From Pyrinomonadaceae bacterium (GTDB taxonomy: Bacteria > Acidobacteriota > Blastocatellia > Pyrinomonadales > Pyrinomonadaceae): a stretch of DNA of 24,000 nucleotides. How positions within the stretch are numbered: the first letter of the stretch is position 1; each line of letters starts with the position of its first letter. Below, piece by piece: positions 23,901 to 24,000 of the stretch. The stretch spans positions 255,161 through 279,160 of the forward strand of contig DASTTB010000015.1 of NCBI GenBank assembly GCA_035760365.1, written 5' to 3'. The notes beneath the pieces were generated by a model. The model was given only the letters and a program-made list of their open reading frames with translations, was not told where the DNA came from and searched no databases. A program made the position numbers and the translations under genes.

Positions 23901-24000
23901 ATTTGAGCTTGATGAGCGTGGTGGCTAGATCTTCAAACTCCGATAACGAAGGCGGCGTCTGCGCATGGATATGAACGCCAATGACAAGGGCAATAAGAAC
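20920..24000 (-). CDS. TPR-repeat plus CHAT-domain protein, 5' end beyond the window; catalytic dyad apparently degenerate
   Basis: The ORF track starts at ATG 23856, but the frame is open to position 24000 and reads VLIALVIGVHIHAQTPPSLSEFEDL..., a signal-peptide-like tail. More than 10 TPR units of the form Y..A...Y.KAL follow, then a coiled-coil stretch. The C-terminal CHAT domain shows LIFVPDGMLWHLPFEAL, MHFAGPAILDD, LVVLSTAQSKPG and YYWAGFALIGD. Confidence 0.9.
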   Translation of the reverse strand, partial: VLIALVIGVHIHAQTPPSLSEFEDLATTLIKLKSPEEREQLLARHQSLMTPDLRKALIRQGHSQLMAGRYSTAFDIYGVAQNISEQIGDKEGVATASLDIGTVFYFQANYPAALEHYQKARDLFTEVTNPYESAKALSGLALIYKEQRRDTEALAALQQVLQEFTSLGDDREVANTLNMIGTIHYGQGNYSAAAAAFRKSAEANSNSDSVVRLADALYMQGDYTQALSFYKKSLDQAGRSEIGATIAALNGAANSAYYMGNYDEALENYQRSFEVQKTQPDKLGLATALKGIGNVHRARGDYGAALENYLNSLSIAETIKAPIGTTLASIGFVRALQGDYAQALIYYDKALKEFEATSNKIEMARVLTLIGNVYYRQASYDSSLSSYRQALALREAMDDQSGQGDVLAGIGSTLLRQKNYSDALDSFEKALGLFKSVGKQERMAEVLTRVSEAFLLQKDFTKALNAAESAVTIATGLGNSELQWYARMLAGKAHAKLENGPQAYSALTGAIATVESLRSESPAVGIGDHNRTLPYLAAIDFLMDQHRPSEAFQYAERAKTQSLIDLLKNNNVTPQKGLSVEQRRQEQRLSGEVASLQIQLDREEERRLSNETRRLELRDKLRRARASYAEFRQKVFTVNPGLKIIRGELPPLKLDDLRLLITDTSTALLEYTITENNTYLFVLTADKAAGKNPQRKRQFEINLKVYPLEIRHNQLASRVRQFQQLLSSRADNFDELARELYELLVKPAEDQIALKSKLIFVPDGMLWHLPFEALQPDEEQYVVDHRQVSYAPSLSALREMRKPALPGPVGRLNLFAYGNPELSKEFTTRSELAHAGVKLESSPAQEEELRRIATAYGPTTTHLSVGPKANEEQVKSDISRAKIMHFAGPAILDDASPMSSFIGLSSATGERDGQDGFLQIREIMNLPSSAELVVLSTAQSKPGISGEAAVGFSWGWFVAGTRATLVSRWQVESRTQSTLFNEFYSSIKSPVSKGRALHQSVLSVRRLAETQHPYYWAGFALIGDAR

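Noticed and set aside
1-24000. Mobile-element or genomic-island boundaries (integrase, transposase, tRNA-adjacent att sites)
   Set aside because: No such genes or terminal direct repeats flanking the candidate clusters were seen. The only repeats are the intergenic elements described above.

Overview
GC-rich bacterial chromosomal window with about 16 credible protein-coding genes. I recognise no rRNA, tRNA, CRISPR array, transposase or integrase. The gene content looks Acidobacteriota-like (inference only): a TonB-dependent receptor with a carboxypeptidase-regulatory-like N-domain, TPR-CHAT, HEAT/PQQ-propeller, a Tat-exported GH29 fucosidase and DUF899. Ordinary genes: SRPBCC protein (5' partial), Zn-dependent alcohol dehydrogenase, alpha-L-fucosidase, TonB-dependent receptor, DUF899 protein. 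Main candidate for an undescribed system: a co-directional three-gene cluster at 5227-10714. It encodes a 99-aa beta-rich protein, a 761-aa metzincin-like Zn protease (HEAGHAFNLLH plus an SWMNY Met-turn), and a 927-aa fusion of a trypsin-like serine protease (His/Asp/Ser present) to a two-HKD phospholipase-D-family domain. None of the three shows a signal peptide. I cannot match the cluster to a named defence or toxin system from memory. Secondary oddities: (1) a secreted protein whose predicted mature N-terminus is a TIMP/NTR-like Cys-Ser-Cys module; (2) a truncated isocitrate-lyase homologue lacking the KKCGH catalytic loop, divergently paired (33 bp) with an ImmA/IrrE-like HEIGH metalloprotease; (3) an overlapping Zn-ribbon plus 3-TM gene pair; (4) a secreted TPR-CHAT protein in which both canonical CHAT catalytic positions (His, Cys) appear replaced; (5) a 525-bp convergent intergenic region filled with a duplicated ~141-bp structured repeat and 33-bp tandem units; (6) a hairpin plus 10-bp tandem repeat between two other convergent genes. 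All functional assignments rest on motif reading by eye; no database search was possible.
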